Program-made: the position numbers and the translations under genes | Shown: positions 11,963-43,742 of the stretch, one piece after another | Layout of the letters: the number at the start of each line of letters is the position of its first letter | Numbering within the stretch: position 1 is the first letter of the stretch | NCBI GenBank assembly: GCA_002269645.1 | Contig: NIVC01000319.1 | Coordinates: forward strand, 186,001 to 250,000 | Direction of reading: 5' to 3' | Length of the DNA: 64,000 nt | DNA from: Macrostomum lignano | Taxonomy: Eukaryota | Notes under the pieces: generated by a model | Told to the model about the DNA's origin: nothing | Seen by the model: the letters and a program-made list of their open reading frames with translations, nothing else | Databases searched by the model: none

Positions 11963-13078
11963 TCATGGAAACAAACCAAATGCAAGTTTTATCTCAGCCT
12001 CGGTCATTGAGCCGTTCATGACGGCCACCGCCTGCACCGTTCCCTTCAGCATTCGCGAGTGGTCATGTCGAAATCCCAGTCTCAGGCAGGTGCAGCTGGG
12101 AATGCTCGATTCAGTATATGAGGCTTCCACAGTCACCTGCTCTGGCGGCACGAAGCCTCCGTTGGAGAAAAATGTTCGGCTCGAGAGAGACGCTGACGTC
12201 AGGCCGACTTCCACGAACGAATTCGGGTCAAACGAGTTCGTTTCCGGTGCGGTTCTGTAAGAAGAAAAACTCAACGCGACCCTGGAGCCGTACAGGCCTC
12301 TTGTAGTTGGCGAGCCGTCCCAGAAGGCGGCTCCAATTCTCTTGGTGCTGCATTCGTAGCTCTCCAAAAATGGTGCTTCCTTGATCTCCCGCTTGAGCCT
12401 GACCAGCCACGTGAGTCCCTGCTGCAGGTTCGCGAACTCCACGTTCTCCAGCCACATCTTGGACGACACTCCGTCGAGCTTGGCTCCCTCGCTGCTCCAC
12501 TCCACATTCTCCGACATCCACTGCTGCGTCTGGCCGCACACCAAGTTGCTCCTGCTGGCGTCCGCATCGTCGCTCATCACCCAGGCGGCCCTCAGCTTCG
12601 AGCCCACACCCAGCATGAGCTTCCTGCTCAAGGTGAGGAACTTGGCGGCTCTGGCATTGGCGAATGCGGCACAGCGGCGGGACTGCGAGCTCTCTGCAGC
12701 AGCGAGTCCATCGATGAGGTGGCACACTGCGGTGTACTGGAAGAGCGAGCACTGGCGAGTGTCCGAGTCGAACTGGGCCACCTGCAGGCCAGTCGAGCGC
12801 TCAGCTTCGAGCACGCAGTCGAGGTCGGAGCCCGACGGTCTCGTCCACAGCGCCAGTGAGATGCTCAGGCAGCTCTGCGTCTCCAGGCGGTGCCACGGAA
12901 GGCGGCAACCGCAACCGGCTGGCCGAGCTGCCAGGCAGGCCAGGAGGACGGCGAGCAGAGCGCGGGCTGGAAGGTCAGCAATGGCCGGATGGAGCTGAGT
13001 TCGCTATTTCAAAAGTACAGAAATGTGTTCTATGCACCGGCATCTGTGCTCACCTGAATTTCGAATGTTTGGCAGCAT
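11963..13078 (-). CDS. Predicted secreted protein, ~342 aa: signal peptide, PAN/Apple-like Cys segment, LamG/ConA-like C-terminal domain; 2 exons (13078-13054, 12966-11963)
   Basis: ATG at 13078, donor G|GTGAGC at 13053, acceptor GCTGAC-CTTCCAG at 12967; the phase-1 join gives MLPNIRNSARALLAVLLACLAARPAGCGC. DCVLE...AQFDSDTRQCSLF is PAN-like; LRLG...MLKGTVQAVAVMNGSMTEAEI resembles the LamG_3 end (G.IDEVRIYN.ALS.EEI). Domain calls are by eye. Confidence 0.7.
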
Positions 13079-13935
13079 ACTTCCTTTTGAATGCTTGAAT
13101 CAGGCAGTTTTTGGATCCTTGGCTTGGCACGACTTTATTGTTCTTTACCTTTCAAATTGGCGTTCCGTGTCCGGCTTTTAAGCAGGACGCCGGGCAGTGC
13201 CGGAGCAGTTTACCTGGGCCAATTAGGTTCGCCCGGAGCTGAGGATTTGCCTGAGACGCGGAGAGCAGGGTTAGAGAACCCTAAGTCAGCTTCAGAAGCG
13301 GCACCTTGGCAACCACAATCAATGGAGACAGACTGCCCAGCTGGGAGCGGGAGGGCCGGAGCGAGAACGAGCGGCAGTGAATTCGCAGAGGGAGATAGAT
13401 AAGGGGCGAGAGGGAGGGGTCGGGGCCCGCTGGACTCCCAGCATCACCAAGCGGCAGGTTTGGAACAAAGAAGTGAAATGGCTTATTTGAATTTTTCTGA
13501 GTCAAGCAATCATCAATTGCACTACTGCTAGTACTAACTGACTGTCTTTCTTTACTGGGTTTAGTTTGATCTACGCTTTCCTACAAAATGCTGAATCTGC
13601 AGCGCACGAAAGCCAATCTGCTTCTGTGAGTTTCCTCTTTTTTCTTGAGTTTTCAGGGTTGACCGCAAAAGTCTTCGAATTCAATCGCTGATGCACCTGT
13701 TAAAAATACTCTTAAACTACGGGTATTTGTGAATGTCTGCCACCTTTCTGCCATAGTAGCAATGCTTTTTAAAGTTCTTCCTAAGCACTAGTGGAGTGCA
13801 TTGCTCATTTCTGAGTCCTCAGTTTGCTGAGCATTGAGCACGCTGTGCCTACTGCGCGTATGTTTGTTTTGTCTTCCAGGTGGAATTGTGCACTCTTCTG
13901 AACTTCACAGTCAGACACCATTATCATATTCAAGG

Positions 13936-14087
13936 CTCATCACCTAGGCGGCCCTCAGCTTCGAGCCCACACCCAGCATGAGCTTCCTGCTCAAGGTGAG
14001 GAACTTGGCGGCTCTGTGAGATGAGGTGGCACACTGCGGTGTATTGGAAGAGCGAGCACTGGCGAGTGTCCGAGTCGAACTGGGCCG
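13936..14087 (-). pseudogene. Near-identical duplicated fragment of the 11963-13078 gene with an internal ~60-bp deletion
   Basis: Matches 12573-12653 joined to ~12713-12779 almost base for base. Confidence 0.85.
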
Positions 14088-15634
14088 CCAAGCACTTGTT
14101 TCCGGACACCTTCAGCTCAGAGAAAGTCAAGTAGCTGAACAGATGATGCAACAGCTGTCTGCTCCCTCTGTCTTAGTGCTGCACTGTCTGCCTGCCTGTC
14201 TCGGTGCCTGCCTCTCTGTCTGTCTAGCCGAGTGTAAACTGTCAGACCTCATTGTCGCTAACAGGCCTCCCCTCCCCTGCCTGCCGCAGTCGGTCTTTCG
14301 GTGTTTGTCAGTCGTCTCACAGCAGGGGAACACGAGGTCGGTTGCCTTGGCACCTGATCTTTTCCCAGAAGCTCTGTCCCGACTCAGTCTACCGTCGCAG
14401 GCTCTAAGGAAGCCTTGTTCATGGAAGACATGAATGCCCCCCTATTCGCCTGGGTGCGCATCTGTTAATTGATTGATTACCACCTGAGCTGACAGAGTTA
14501 AGGTGCTGAATTCTTGGCAGTGGCAGGCTGGCTTCAATCCCCCCTGCTCACCGTTCCCTGCGTACTCAGTTGAATGCGTTTCAAGTGTTTCTCAGGACCG
14601 CTTCGGGTATCAGTTTTGCTCAAACTCGACCAACAACTCGGTTCTGCAGCAGCCGGGCCAGATTTGCTGGGGCCAACAATGGAAGAAATTTTCCTCAGCT
14701 GAAGGGTGACTGGCATCTCCTGAAGGGTGGAAGCTGAAGGGTGGGGCTATTCCTTCTCGCTTTGTCTGAGCAGAGCAGCTCGGGAGTAGGGGACTCTTGC
14801 TCTAATATGCGTTCTGCTCCACAACTCTGAGTCAGGCGCTGACGGACTCGCCCGGACAGACAGCAGGCCGACGCGCCGCCTTCGGGATCGGGCCAGCGCT
14901 GAGCTGTGTGGCGACTCCAGGTAGAAGGCACATGGCGTTGCCAGGGCGGGCTATGAGCTAAAAAAATAAACTTTTAATGACAAAATCCCTCAGAAAATCT
15001 TTCACAAAAAATGGCGTCCACCCAAATGAAATGTCACCCTTCTAATGAAATGGCGCCCATCAAATGAAATGGCGCCGATTAAATGAAATGGCACCCTCAA
15101 AATGAAATGGCGCCCTTCAAATGAAACGTAAAAAATCGACCAAATTATTGAACCGCAGGTGGCCTTCAGAAGTAATTTGAACTCGTGTATCCAGCTAAGG
15201 TGCCGAAGTGCAATGCATTCAGTACCACTGTATACTTTTCAATCAGCCTCAATAACCATGCTAAGCTAGTTGAGCCCAGATGCAGACCGAAAGCTTGGTG
15301 CCCAGACTCCACTTCTCCAAGCAGCTCTATTTAACATTTGTCAAAACTCAAGAGCTCAATCTTGTTCTTTTCTGCTTTTGTCAATCTAAATCTTCAACAG
15401 CCTCCCAGCTTTGGCTCGGCCGGATCAAGTTTCACTCCTCAAATTTCTCTTTTGTCTTTCATGGCTGTAGAGAAGATCTGATTGGCCCGCCGAGGCCCTT
15501 GGAGACAGCCGGGTCTGCAGGGGGTGTCAATACAGTGAGGGTTCCCGTCTGCTCGCCTCACTGCCAGCCCAGCCTGCCAAGCAAACCCGAGCCTGAGAAA
15601 GACAACGGATAAAAGCAGAAAAGCTGGCGCTGAC

Positions 15635-16010
15635 GCTCTGAGTTCCCCTGCGGCTCTGAGTTCCCCTGCGGCTCTGAGTTCCCCTGCGGCTCTGAGTTCC
15701 CCTGTGGCTCTGAGTTCCCCTGTGGCTCTGAGTTCCCCTGCGGCTCTGAGTTCCCCTGCGGCTCTGAGTTCCCCTGCGGCTCTGAGTTCCCCTGCGGCTC
15801 TGAGTTCCCCTGCGGCTCTGAGTTCCCCTGCGGCTCTGAGTTCCCCTGCGGCTCTGAGTTCCCCTGCGGCTCTGAGTTCCCCTGCGGCTCTGAGTTCCTC
15901 TGCGGCTCTGAGTTCCCCTGCGGCTCTGAGTTCCCCTGCGGCTCTGAGTGTCCCTGCGGCTCTGAGTGTCCCTGCGGCTCTGAGTTCCCCTGCGGCTCTG
16001 AGTGTCCCTG
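15635..16010. repeat. 18-bp minisatellite (GCTCTGAGTTCCCCTGCG)n, ~21 copies, ending ~30 bp before the TRPM ATG
   Basis: Direct tandem copies. Confidence 0.97.
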
Positions 16011-16041
16011 AGGTCGGATTCACTTCTCTGATTATCCCGCA

Positions 16042-35791
<19,750 letters not shown>

Positions 35792-35831
35792 CCGGGGTGT
35801 CTGACCAGGTGTCTCACTAGGTGTGACTGAT

Positions 35832-36850
35832 TTGAGTTGGGTTTTAGTTTGGTTTGAGTTGGGTCTCAGTTGGGTTTGAGTTGGGCTTGAGTTGGGTTTG
35901 AGTTGGGTTTGAGTTGGGTTTGAGTTGGGCTTGAGTTGGGTTTGAGTTGGGTTTGAGTTGGGTTTGAGTTGGGTTTGAGTTGGGTTTGAGTTGGGTTTGA
36001 GTTGGGTTTGAGTTGGGCTTGAGTTGGGTTTGAGTTGGGTTTGAGTTGGGTTTGAGTTGGGTTTGAGTTGGGTTTGAGTTGGGTTTGAGTTGGGTTTGAG
36101 TTGGGCTTGAGTTGGGTTTGAGTTGGGTTTGAGTTGGGTTTGAGTTGGGTTTGAGTTGGGCTTGAGTTGGGTTTGAGTTGGGTTTGAGTTAAGTTTGAGT
36201 TGGGTTTGAGTTGGGTTTGAGTTGGGTTTGAGTTGGGTTTGAGTTGGGCTTGAGTTGGGTTTGAGTTGGGTTTGAGTTGGGTTTGAGTTGGGTTTGAGTT
36301 GGGTTTGAGTTGGGTTTGAGTTGGGTTTGAGTTGGGCTTGAGTTGGGTTTGAGTTGGGTTTGAGTTGGGTTTGAGTTGGGCTTGAGTTGGGTTTGAGTTG
36401 GGTTTGAGTTGGGTTTGAGTTGGGTTTGAGTTGGGTTTGAGTTGGGTTTGAGTTGGGTTTGAGTTGGGTTTGAGTTGGGTTTGAGTTGGGTTTGAGTTGG
36501 GTTTGAGTTGGGCTTGAGTTGGGTTTGAGTTGGGTTTGAGTTGGGTTTGAGTTGGGTTTGAGTTGGGCTTGAGTTGGGTTTGAGTTGGGTTTGAGTTGGG
36601 TTTGAGTTGGGTTTGAGTTGGGTTTGAGTTGGGTTTGAGTTGGGTTTGAGTTGGGCTTGAGTTGGGTTTGAGTTGGGTTTGAGTTGGGTTTGAGTTGGGT
36701 TTGAGTTGGGCTTGAGTTGGGTTTGAGTTGGGTTTGAGTTGGGTTTGAGTTGGGTTTGAGTTGGGCTTGAGTTGGGTTTGAGTTGGGCTTGAGTTGGGTT
36801 TGAGTTGGGTTTGAGTTGGGTTTGAGTTGGGTTTGAGTTGGGTTCGAGTT
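35832..36850. repeat. 11-bp satellite (GAGTTGGGTTT)n just after the TRPM stop
   Basis: Direct. Confidence 0.98.
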
Positions 36851-37254
36851 AGATTTGATTCGGGTTTTATTAAAGAGGTGATTCGGTTCTATTTGAATAA
36901 GGACGTTTAACTATATATTGACTTTATTCTGATATATATCTGTGGTCTGTGTGATCAATTTCAGTGTACTTTTTCTTCTAGATGAGATGCTTTAATCCTA
37001 CTGATAGGAATAAATTAATATCTTTATCCCAATTATTTATCCTATTATATTCTATTTCCTCTTCTATCAGTCTATTTTATTCGCCGCTGTATTCAGCAAT
37101 TAAAATAAAAATTCTTGTAATACGCCATACTCGCCTACTGTCAGTAGGCGCACTTCGCCGCGCGAATTCTACTATTTATCGATCAGTAGCTGAGCTATAA
37201 AAAGCTAATTAAAACCCGATGCGATAATGTCCCGCCCGGGAGAGAGTTCGACTT

Positions 37255-37290
37255 GTCAGCCTGATTGGGGCGGCCCGGGGGCGGGCAGTC
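37255..37290 (+). promoter_or_regulatory. CCAAT box (reverse, CTGATTGG) plus two GC boxes, promoter-like
   Basis: GCCTGATTGGGGCGGCCCGGGGGCGGGC at the start of a GC-rich island. Motif evidence only. Confidence 0.3.
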
Positions 37291-37726
37291 GTTTATTTTT
37301 GAGTCAATTTTGGTGTCAGCTGGGGCTGGGGCGACATCTTGCCAAATGAGACGGCCACGTGGCATCCCTCCCAGCCTCACTCGGCTTCATCCCCAGGCCA
37401 CGCGGCCGCCGCTGCTCCCTCCTTCTCTCCTCCGCTCCCCTTCCCGCGACACCTTCATCAGAGGAGGCTGGGCGAGAGCCGAGTCGATCCGGAGGGCAAC
37501 GAAGCGAGCCAGATCGACCAGGCCTGTCAGACAGTTTTCTGGCCCGTCAGTTCCCGCCCAGATTGCCTGCCCAGCCTCGCAATATGTCTATGGGATAAAG
37601 ACCTCACGGCTGCCTCATCATCGGGCAGAAGTCAAGATTTGGAGCCTGCGATGATTCTGCGCGCAACTTCATCAATGGATGAAGCCAATTTAAACACTTC
37701 AAGCTTTATAGATGGGGCGATTCTCA

Positions 37727-39065
37727 AAAGAGACACTGGGTGATTCTTACAGTAGACACTGGGTGATTCTCATAAGAGACACTGGGTGATTCTTACAGTA
37801 GACACTGGGTGATTCTCACAGGAGACACTGGGTGATTCTCATAGGAGACACTGGGTGATTCTCATAGGAGACACTGGGTGATTCTCATAGGAGACACTGG
37901 GTGATTCTCATAGGAGACACTGGGTGATTCTCATAGGAGACACTGGGTGATTCTCATAGGAGACACTGGGTGATTCTCACAGGAGACACTGAATGATTTT
38001 CATAGGAGACACTGGGTGATTCTCATAAGAGACACTGGGTGATTCTCATAAGAGACACTGGGTGATTCTCATAAGAGACACTGGGTGATTCTCATAAGAG
38101 ACACTGGGTGATTCTCACAGGAGACACTGGGTGATTCTCATAGGAGACACTGGGTGATTCTCATAGGAGACACTGGGTGATTCTCATAGGAGACACTGGG
38201 TGATTCTCATAGGAGACACTGGGTGATTCTCACAGGAGACACTGAATGATTCTCATAGGAGACACTGGGTGATTCTCATAAGAGACACTGGGTGATTCTC
38301 ATAGGAGACACTGAATGATTCTCATGGGAGACACTGGGTGATTCTCACAGGAGACACTGGGTGATTCTCATAAGAGACACTGGGTGATTCTCACAGGAGA
38401 CACTGGGTGATTCTCACAGGAGACACTGGGTGATTCTCATAGGAGACACTGGGTGATTCTCATAGGAGACACTGTGTGATTCTCATAGGAGACACTGGGT
38501 GATTCTCACAGGAGACACTGAATGATTCTCATAGGAGACACTGGATGATTCTCATAAGAGACACTGGGTGATTCTCATAAGAGACACTGGGTGATTCTCA
38601 TAGGAGACACTGAATGATTCTCATAGGAGACACTGGGTGATTCTCACAGGAGACACTGAATGATTCTCATAGGAGACACTGGGTGATTCTCACAGGAGAC
38701 ACTGAATGATTCTCATAGGAGACACTGGATGATTCTCATAAGAGACACTGGGTGATTCTCATAAGAGACACTGGGTGATTCTCATAAGAGACACTGGGTG
38801 ATTCTCATAGGAGACACTGGGTGAATCTCACAGGAGAGGCTGTGTGATTCTCATAAGAGACACTGGGTGATTCTCATAGGAGACACTGGGTGAATCTCAC
38901 AGGAGAGGCTGTGTGATTCTCATAAGAGACACTGGGTGATTCTCATAGAAGAGACTGAGTGATTCTCATCGGCGAGGCTGTGTGATTCTCATAAGAGACA
39001 CTGAGTGATTCTCATAGGAGAGGCTGTGTGATTCTCATAGGAGACACTGAGTGATTCTCACAGGA
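37727..39065. repeat. 23-bp minisatellite (GGAGACACTGGGTGATTCTCATA)n, ~57 copies
   Basis: Direct. Confidence 0.97.
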
Positions 39066-40399
39066 GAAGCAGGGTCAGCAGCACTAACAGCACCTCACAG
39101 TACAGTTATTCGTTTATCATCTTCTTACTTCTTTTATTCTTACGCTAGTAAAATTTGCTTTAGAAAAAAGTTTTTAAGAGTTGCATCGTGGACTCGGATC
39201 GCCCAACTCACTTTGGCTGGAGGACTTGCCGGCTGCAGCAACCCCCCCTCCTCCAACCAACCAAAAGAAGACCAAAACTTCTTGCTAAGAGAAGCAGATT
39301 GATGGGGATTTGAGTCCGGATCGGCGGTGGCTGCTGCAGCCTCGGGAAAACTGCAAATAAATGACTGCGGGAGTTCGGCGCGCCCGGCGCTTCGCCATAA
39401 AAATTTACAACTCGGTAAACGGGACAAGATGGATGAGGCCCCCCCTCCCCCCAGAGTCTGTGAGCATGGGGAGGCGGGGCTTTCTCGGATTTGCAGAGGC
39501 CAGTGGGGATCTCGTAATTCAAGTCGAATTGGCGATTATGCAAATCCCAAGTCCAGGCTGACCAGCCAGTTCGGGCGTTAAACCGCTTAATGAGTCCGGC
39601 GCCAGGCTGCTGGCTAATTGACACTGACAAACTGCGGCCGGCAGTTCCCAAACTGGATTTCACATCCCAAACTCTGCCAGGCAATTGTCTTTGCCAGAGC
39701 CCTGCCGCAGTCCCTAAGCTGTTCAATCCATTTTGGAAGAAGTTTTCAAAGCAACAGGTTGTTAGTGCGGCAGGCAATTTTGGTAGCAGTTGGGACAGCC
39801 GCCATCGGCTATTAATGCTCCGCAATGTGTTAAAATCCTATAGGTCTCTAGCAAACTCAAACCAGTTTAATGTGAGGGAAATTATTGCTGTAGAAATGCA
39901 ACGAGTGAGGGGTTTAGGATTGCGATATTGGAGTTTTATGCATACCACTGGGTCATCATGGCCTTCTCATAAAAATGAATTATCATATTTAACTGCAAGC
40001 CAGGGTGGGGGCTTGACCGCGTGCCAGAATCGACTCCCAATAAAGAGGCGGTCAGCTGGTGAGCTTTCGCTTGGCTAAACTTGCCAAGCAGAAGCTGGTC
40101 TCACCCCCTGCCAAGATTTACAAGGAATTCCACTTGAGCTGTTTTCATATCCTGGCAGGTTTAATAAGGGCTGCTGAACTCCAGAAGCCACTTGCACAAC
40201 TGTGTGAGCAATGCCTTGTGAGTTGTTACAGTGTCTTTATTGGCTGATCTTTCCAACTGCTTCTTAATTCTTAGTGCGCCTGCGCGTGCACCCAACGGTT
40301 TCTGGCAGGAAGTTCGCTTGGGTTGCATGGCTGCAGAGCAGTGGCAGCCTCAATGCGCTCAATAGAATTCCGATTTGGGAACTGTGGTACTCATCAGTT

Positions 40400-40915
40400 T
40401 AGAAATGGCACTCATCAATCGGAAATGGCACTCATCAGTCGGAAATGGCACTCATCAGTCGGAAATGGCACTCATCAGTCGGAAATGGCACTCATCAGTC
40501 GGAAATGGCACTTAGCAGTTCGGAAATGGCAGTCTTCAGTTAGGAAATTTCACTCTCAAGGGCGGAAATGGCACTCAGAAGGTCGGAAGTGGAACTCTTA
40601 AGATCGGAAATGGCACTCATCAGTTAGGAAATGGCACTCAGCAGTTAGGAATTGGCACTCAGCAGCTAGGAAATGGCACTCATCAGTTAGGAAATGGCAC
40701 TAATCAGTTGGGAAATGGCACTCAGCAGTTAGGAAATGGCACTCATCAGTTAGGAAATGGCACTAATCAGTTAGGAAATGGCACTAATCAGTTAGGAAAT
40801 GGCACTAATCAGTTAGGAAATGGCACTAATCAGTTAGGAAATGGCACTCAGCAGTTAGGAAATGGCACTAATCAGTTAGGAAATGGCACTAATCAGTTCG
40901 GAAATGGCACTCATT
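40400..40915. repeat. 20/21-bp minisatellite (AGGAAATGGCACTCATCAGTT)n
   Basis: Direct. Confidence 0.93.
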
Positions 40916-41694
40916 ATTTCAGAAATGCCTGAAATGGTACTTGCCATCCAATTTTCCATGAAATCACAATGGAGCTCTGTCTGATTAATTAACAATTTCA
41001 GCCCCCAGGTGAGTGGCTGCCTTACACCTGCAGCCTGCGACACTGAGGCCCTTGCGATTTGCATTTTTTGCTAATGAATTTTCGCTATAACAGAGATAAA
41101 ACCGTGCTTTTCCTAGAACAAGTGTCGCCCTATAAAAGATGCTCAACAGCAAGAGCCGGAGTTCGGCAGGCAGTTTGGTTCACTTCTCCTGAAGAATTAG
41201 CCAGAAGAAGCAGAAGGAGCCGCCATTTCGCATTTAATAGACTATCTCGAGCTTGATGTAGCAAAGCGGGGCAACACGGCTGGTTTCCTGTGTGTGTGTT
41301 TTTAGAACATATTTTACGCGAAAGAATGACTTTTGACTCACACGAGAAAAGACACCTCGGTTTTATTCGGCCTGATTGCCGATCTGGGGGGGGGGGCTCT
41401 GACTCCGCCCCCCGCGCTGTGCCAGATGTAGCGAAACGCTTCACGACCCGAGACACAGTCGAGCCACTCCAGCACGTGATGTTAAATTTGTTTTGCGAGG
41501 CGCCTCCCCACCTCCCCGCGCCTCTGTCTGCGTTGAGTCCCTTCTGAGTGATCCGTGGGGACCAACAGTTGCAATACTTTTACAGCCCCAACGGAATCAG
41601 TGAAATATTTCTGGCTGGGCGGGGCGTTTCCTCAGGAAATGTTTCATCTGCTCAATGCGTGTTTGGGAGGCTGAGGGGCAACTGTCCAACGCAG

Positions 41695-41980
41695 GGCAGG
41701 GCGCCAACCAAGAGACACAGGGGTGGCAACCAAGGGAGACAGGGGTGGCAACCAAGGGAGACAGGGGTGGCAACCAAGGGAGACAGGGGCGCCAACCAAG
41801 GGAGACAGAGGCGCCAACCAAGAGACAGGGGCGCCAACCAAGAGACAGGGGCGCCAACCAAGGGAGACAGAGGCGCCAACCAAGAGACAGGGGCGCCAAC
41901 CAAGAGACAGGGGCGCCAACCAAGGGGGACAGGGGCGCTAACCAAGGAAGACAGGGGCGCCAACCAAGGGGGACAGGGGC
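41695..41980. repeat. ~20-bp minisatellite (GGGGCGCCAACCAAG(G)GAGACA)n
   Basis: Direct. Confidence 0.9.
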
Positions 41981-42715
41981 AAGTTTACAAGTTTACAACT
42001 GCATTGCAAATTGCATTCCTTCCAGTCTCAGAGAAAGCTCTCAATGCACCCAGCCCCCAAACAAGCATTGACTCTCTCTATCTCTCAATCCCCGGTGCCA
42101 AAGCTCCGCTCCTCCATCATCCAGTCTGCGGTGCCGGAGGCTTCGCTGCCAGACTATTGATATATTTGTTAGGAACTGGATTGGCGGCTAAACACCCAGC
42201 CGGCCTCTCAGCTCCTGCAAGGCATCTGTTAATCCCAACAGCGCCTCGCTGGGGAAAACACAGGAAAGGATTCGCATCGGCCGTAGATGAAGGAAGCTGG
42301 AAAGAACCTGCCCAGAGGATTTCGCTCTGCAAAGACAAACTGAGAATCCGAGAGAGCGCGCGCTGATAAACGGCTGATGCGCAGCGCATTAAATAAACCT
42401 TAGAAATCGGATCGAGCCGGGGAAACACAAGATAAGGGCTGCTGCTGCCGGTTGCCATGCAATTAGCAGCTTAGCACTGGAACCGCAGATCAAACTGCTG
42501 GTGCCACCGCGCCAACTTGACAAGCTTGGGGCACTGGAGTGTGGGAGAATTGAGATAAGCTTCTGCGGGGAATATTCGAACACTATTATGGGCAAGACTG
42601 ACAGAGACTGCCAAGGCGGTCTGGATGATAGAATCTGGAAGGACAAACTCCAGGAAACTCGTATGTTTTACACTAAAATTCATCCTGAAAGTGAAAACTG
42701 AAAAGTAAGCAGGAA

Positions 42716-43300
42716 AATGGCGCTCCCTGAAGAATGTGGCACTCCCTGAAGAATGTGACACTCCCTGAAGAATATGGCACCCACTGAAGAATGTGACACT
42801 CCCTGAAGAATATGGCACCCACTGAAGAATGTGACACTCCCTGAAGAATATGGCACCCACTGAAGAATGTGACACTCCCGGAAGAATATGGCACTCCCGG
42901 AAGAATGTGACACTCCCTGAAGAATATGGCACCCACTGAAGAATGTGACACTCCCTGAAGAATATGGCACCCACTGAAGAATGTGACACTCCCTGAAGAA
43001 TATGGCACCCACTGAAGAATGTGACACTCCCTGAAGAATATGGCACCCACTGAAGAATGTGACACTCCGGAAGAATATGGCACTCCCGGAAGAATGTGAC
43101 ACTCCCTGAAGAATATGGCACCCACTGAAGAATGTGACACTCCCTGAAGAATATGGCACCCACTGAAGAATGTGACACTCCCTGAAGAATATGGCACCCA
43201 CTGAAGAATGTGACACTCCCGGAAGAATATGGCACTCCCGGAAGAATGTGACACTCCCGGAAGAATATGGCGCGTCCTGAAGAATGTGATGCTCCCTGAA
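42716..43300. repeat. 19-bp minisatellite with 38-bp higher-order dimer (CACTCCCTGAAGAATATGG/CACCCACTGAAGAATGTGA)
   Basis: Direct. Confidence 0.95.
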
Positions 43301-43742
43301 GATTGGCATCGATTTCGCCCTCCCTGAAGTCAAAACTCTGACACAAAACTTGAAAAGCCTCCAATCCACTCCCAATCCAAACTTCTAGCCTTGGATCGCT
43401 TTGCTGCGCCCAGACCCAGACTCCCCAGGCCTCCCTCCCATTGGCTGAGCCGCCGCCCCGCCACCCTCCGCCGCCTCCCCCCGGGTGCCCCGCGCGCGGC
43501 CGCCCCAACACGTCAGCAGCGAGGCTCTCCGCATTGCCCCACTTTTGGTCTGCGAAGCCACCGCCGGTCCCGCAGCCTCCCAGCCTCCGCGTCCGGCCGC
43601 TCCACCAGTTCAAATAGCAACTCCGCCATCCACTGCCGCCGCCGCAGCCTCCGCTATTATTATATCAAGTTTCAGGAGCGAAAATTTGAGCAAAGGACCA
43701 GACGAACTCTCGACAAGTTGTTGAATAAAAATTTCAACCCAG

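Noticed and set aside
11963-13078. Horizontally transferred bacterial gene (long GC-rich open exon)
   Set aside because: It has a spliceosomal intron and a signal peptide, and its GC level is similar to the other exons here.
14503-14931. Further exons or a paralogue of the secreted protein on the minus strand
   Set aside because: Only a weak W..P.G....C.L resemblance; no consistent splice or frame model could be built.
37727-39065. CRISPR-like regular repeats
   Set aside because: Units are head-to-tail with no unique spacers, there are no cas genes, and the context is eukaryotic.
39590-40078. 162-aa ORF (and the 272-aa ORF at 41548-42366)
   Set aside because: No recognisable motif; composition is unlike the GC3-rich exons of this window, and the second ORF is partly a repeat translation.
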